Source of the DNA: a virus
Taxonomy: Duplodnaviria; Caudoviricetes
Virus record (IMG/VR): IMGVR_UViG_3300027906_000144
Location: 1-25,048 of that record
DNA: 25,048 nt
Direction: 5' to 3' (one strand)
Every line of letters starts with the position of its first letter. Within the stretch, counting starts at the first letter, position 1. Positions 23,875 to 25,048 of this stretch are shown in pieces. A program made the translations under genes and the position numbers. The notes under the pieces were generated by a model, which had not been told where the DNA came from, made no database searches, and worked only from the letters and a program-made list of their open reading frames with translations.

Positions 23875-23902
23875 ACAAAAGATGAAAAAAATGGTTATAT
23901 TA
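23875..23902 (+). promoter_or_regulatory. divergent copy of the putative late promoter
   Basis: Plus strand ACA (23875-23877)-N16-GTTATATTA (23894-23902). Confidence 0.6.
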
Positions 23903-24040
23903 ATATAGAATTGGAATTTTGGGAGTCCCAAACGAACAAAAATGAAAATTCGATATCCTTTCTGGGTATTAATAAAGAGGTTGAGGGTAACTATACTTTT
24001 ATCTGAAAGTCTATTCCTCCAAGCATAGTTTTCTAAATGG

Positions 24041-24141
24041 GTTGATTTTATTAAACCTGATATACTATCTCCATCCAATCTCGTTTTACGTTGATTTTAT
24101 TAAACTCAATAAACTATACCGGATCAAGCCCGTTTTACGTT
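24041..24141. repeat. 49-bp-period degenerate direct repeat (about 2 copies)
   Basis: GTTGATTTTATTAAAC occurs at 24041 and 24090. CGTTTTACGTT occurs at 24082 and 24131. Confidence 0.85.
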
Positions 24142-24289
24142 CCTTTCCTGAGCGGGGCGCAAATCTCTGTCCGGGGGTAGGGTACCTGTCCTATATTTAA
24201 GGCCCTTAGACGCGCTGTGAGCGCCTCCTGGGCCTATGTTTAATAAGGTTTTTGGTTTGGTTGATTCGTTTTAAGTCGCGAGTATACCC

Positions 24290-24321
24290 AAAAAAAAACC
24301 CTCACTGAATAGCAAGGGTTT
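24290..24321 (-). terminator. Rho-independent terminator closing the early-type block
   Basis: Minus strand reads AAACCCTTGCT-ATTC-AGTGAGGG followed by T9. Confidence 0.75.
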
Positions 24322-24342
24322 ATAAATTTATTCAATATTTAT

Positions 24343-24600
24343 TTAGGTGCAATACTTTCTAAATATATGTTGTTTAATTTCATATATAGCATTACTATCG
24401 AACCATTCTAAAAAGTCAATAGGAGTAAAAGAAAACCGATATATTTCCTCGTCTTGATCACCGCCAAAACAAGTGGCGTCATTAGTGATAAAATCTAAAT
24501 GTATTCTGTCGTTTTCTTTTTGTGGCAACATAAGCCCGCACAATTCTACATCTCTTGTTGTCTCTTTTAATTCGTTTGTTTTTTCGTTTTCTGTTTTCAT
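24343..24600 (-). CDS. hypothetical protein
   Basis: 85-aa acidic ORF with an ATGA-coupled start, followed by a terminator. Confidence 0.7.
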   Translation of the reverse strand: MKTENEKTNELKETTRDVELCGLMLPQKENDRIHLDFITNDATCFGGDQDEEIYRFSFTPIDFLEWFDSNAIYEIKQHIFRKYCT

Positions 24601-24776
24601 TTTGTTAAGTTTATAAAGTCTTTTTGATTAATTCGTTTATTAAAATTTATTTGATTAGTCAAATAATAATTGTCTTTTGTTTCCAATATCTTTACCGCGG
24701 TGTTAATTGGGTAAAGCCTTTTAATTTCCCGCGCGTATTGGCGCGCGTGTTCAAACTGTTGCTTTGATTTGCTCAT
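24597..24776 (-). CDS. 59-aa hypothetical protein
   Basis: Below the ORF-track cutoff. Reads MSKSKQQFEHARQYAREIKRLYPINTAVKIL...FINLTK, and its TGA overlaps the next ATG. Confidence 0.65.
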   Translation of the reverse strand: MSKSKQQFEHARQYAREIKRLYPINTAVKILETKDNYYLTNQINFNKRINQKDFINLTK

Positions 24777-25048
24777 TTTGTTTTGTATTAAGTTTATTAC
24801 TATTAATTATAAAGCCGGTTGTATCTTCTTTGGCTTTGCGGCCCTTAGCCCTTAGGCCCAATATAACGCCGGTATTATTTAACATTACCAAGTCGCTGGT
24901 ATCACCGTCAACAACTTTAAAGCCTTTATAGCTGGCCGGTAATTGATCCGAAAAAACCGCGGACACATTCGCCCCTAGGCTTAAGGCTTCGAGGGCCTGG
25001 GCCTCGTTGTCTTCGGCCCTGGAATAAGTAAGTGTATAATTAAATGCG
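24751..25048 (-). CDS. GP88-like phage protein, C-terminal part (5' end outside the window)
   Basis: The frame is open to the window edge: YTLTYSRAEDN...GANVSAVF...LP...VVDGDTSDL...GVILGLRAKG.KAKEDTTGF, the C-terminal pattern of GP88-like proteins. Confidence 0.65.
   Translation of the reverse strand, partial: AFNYTLTYSRAEDNEAQALEALSLGANVSAVFSDQLPASYKGFKVVDGDTSDLVMLNNTGVILGLRAKGRKAKEDTTGFIINSNKLNTKQNEQIKATV

Noticed and set aside
23851-24078. 75-aa minus-strand ORF in the junction region
   Set aside because: It crosses promoter motifs, the palindrome and the repeats, lies downstream of a terminator with no evident promoter, and has no recognisable protein features.
24041-24141. Mini-CRISPR array
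   Set aside because: There are only two units, the intervening sequences resemble each other, the repeat is not palindromic, and no cas genes are present.
1-25048. tRNA genes, introns/inteins, integrase or att sites
   Set aside because: I recognised no cloverleaf with a T-loop consensus, no intein or homing endonuclease motifs, and no integrase by eye. A tRNAscan or Rfam run would be needed to exclude them formally.

Overview
This 25-kb window is from a tailed dsDNA phage with siphovirus-type genes, most likely infecting Bacteroidetes/Flavobacteriia. The host call rests on TTTG-N19-21-TAnnTT(T)G promoters, A-rich start regions with no Shine-Dalgarno sequence, and the protein families recognised. 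Every credible gene is on the minus strand. In reading order (high to low coordinate) the modules are: (1) the end of an early-type block (GP88-like protein and two small ORFs) with a terminator; (2) a ~460-bp non-coding junction with divergent promoters, a palindrome and 49-bp repeats; (3) a tail module (chaperone with a -1 frameshift, tail completion proteins, a split/duplicated tail protein, hub, tape measure); (4) a head module (protease-like protein, Cys-anchor/repeat protein, scaffold, major capsid), then major tail protein, portal and adaptor; (5) fibre/receptor-binding genes including a triple-LamG protein; (6) a lysis cassette; (7) a regulatory island with a probably inactive endolysin paralogue and candidate small RNAs; (8) a recombination/replication block (Erf, SSB-like, AAA helicase, RusA-like). 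No terminase, integrase, tRNA, CRISPR array or reverse transcriptase is visible. The most notable observations are a bipartite phage promoter (ACA-N16-GTwATAwTA) found five times, including one antisense copy; a promoter-terminator cassette for a ~85-nt RNA complementary to start-codon-like sequence; and an M15 endolysin duplicate lacking two zinc ligands under its own host-type promoter. All family calls come from motif recognition, not database searches.
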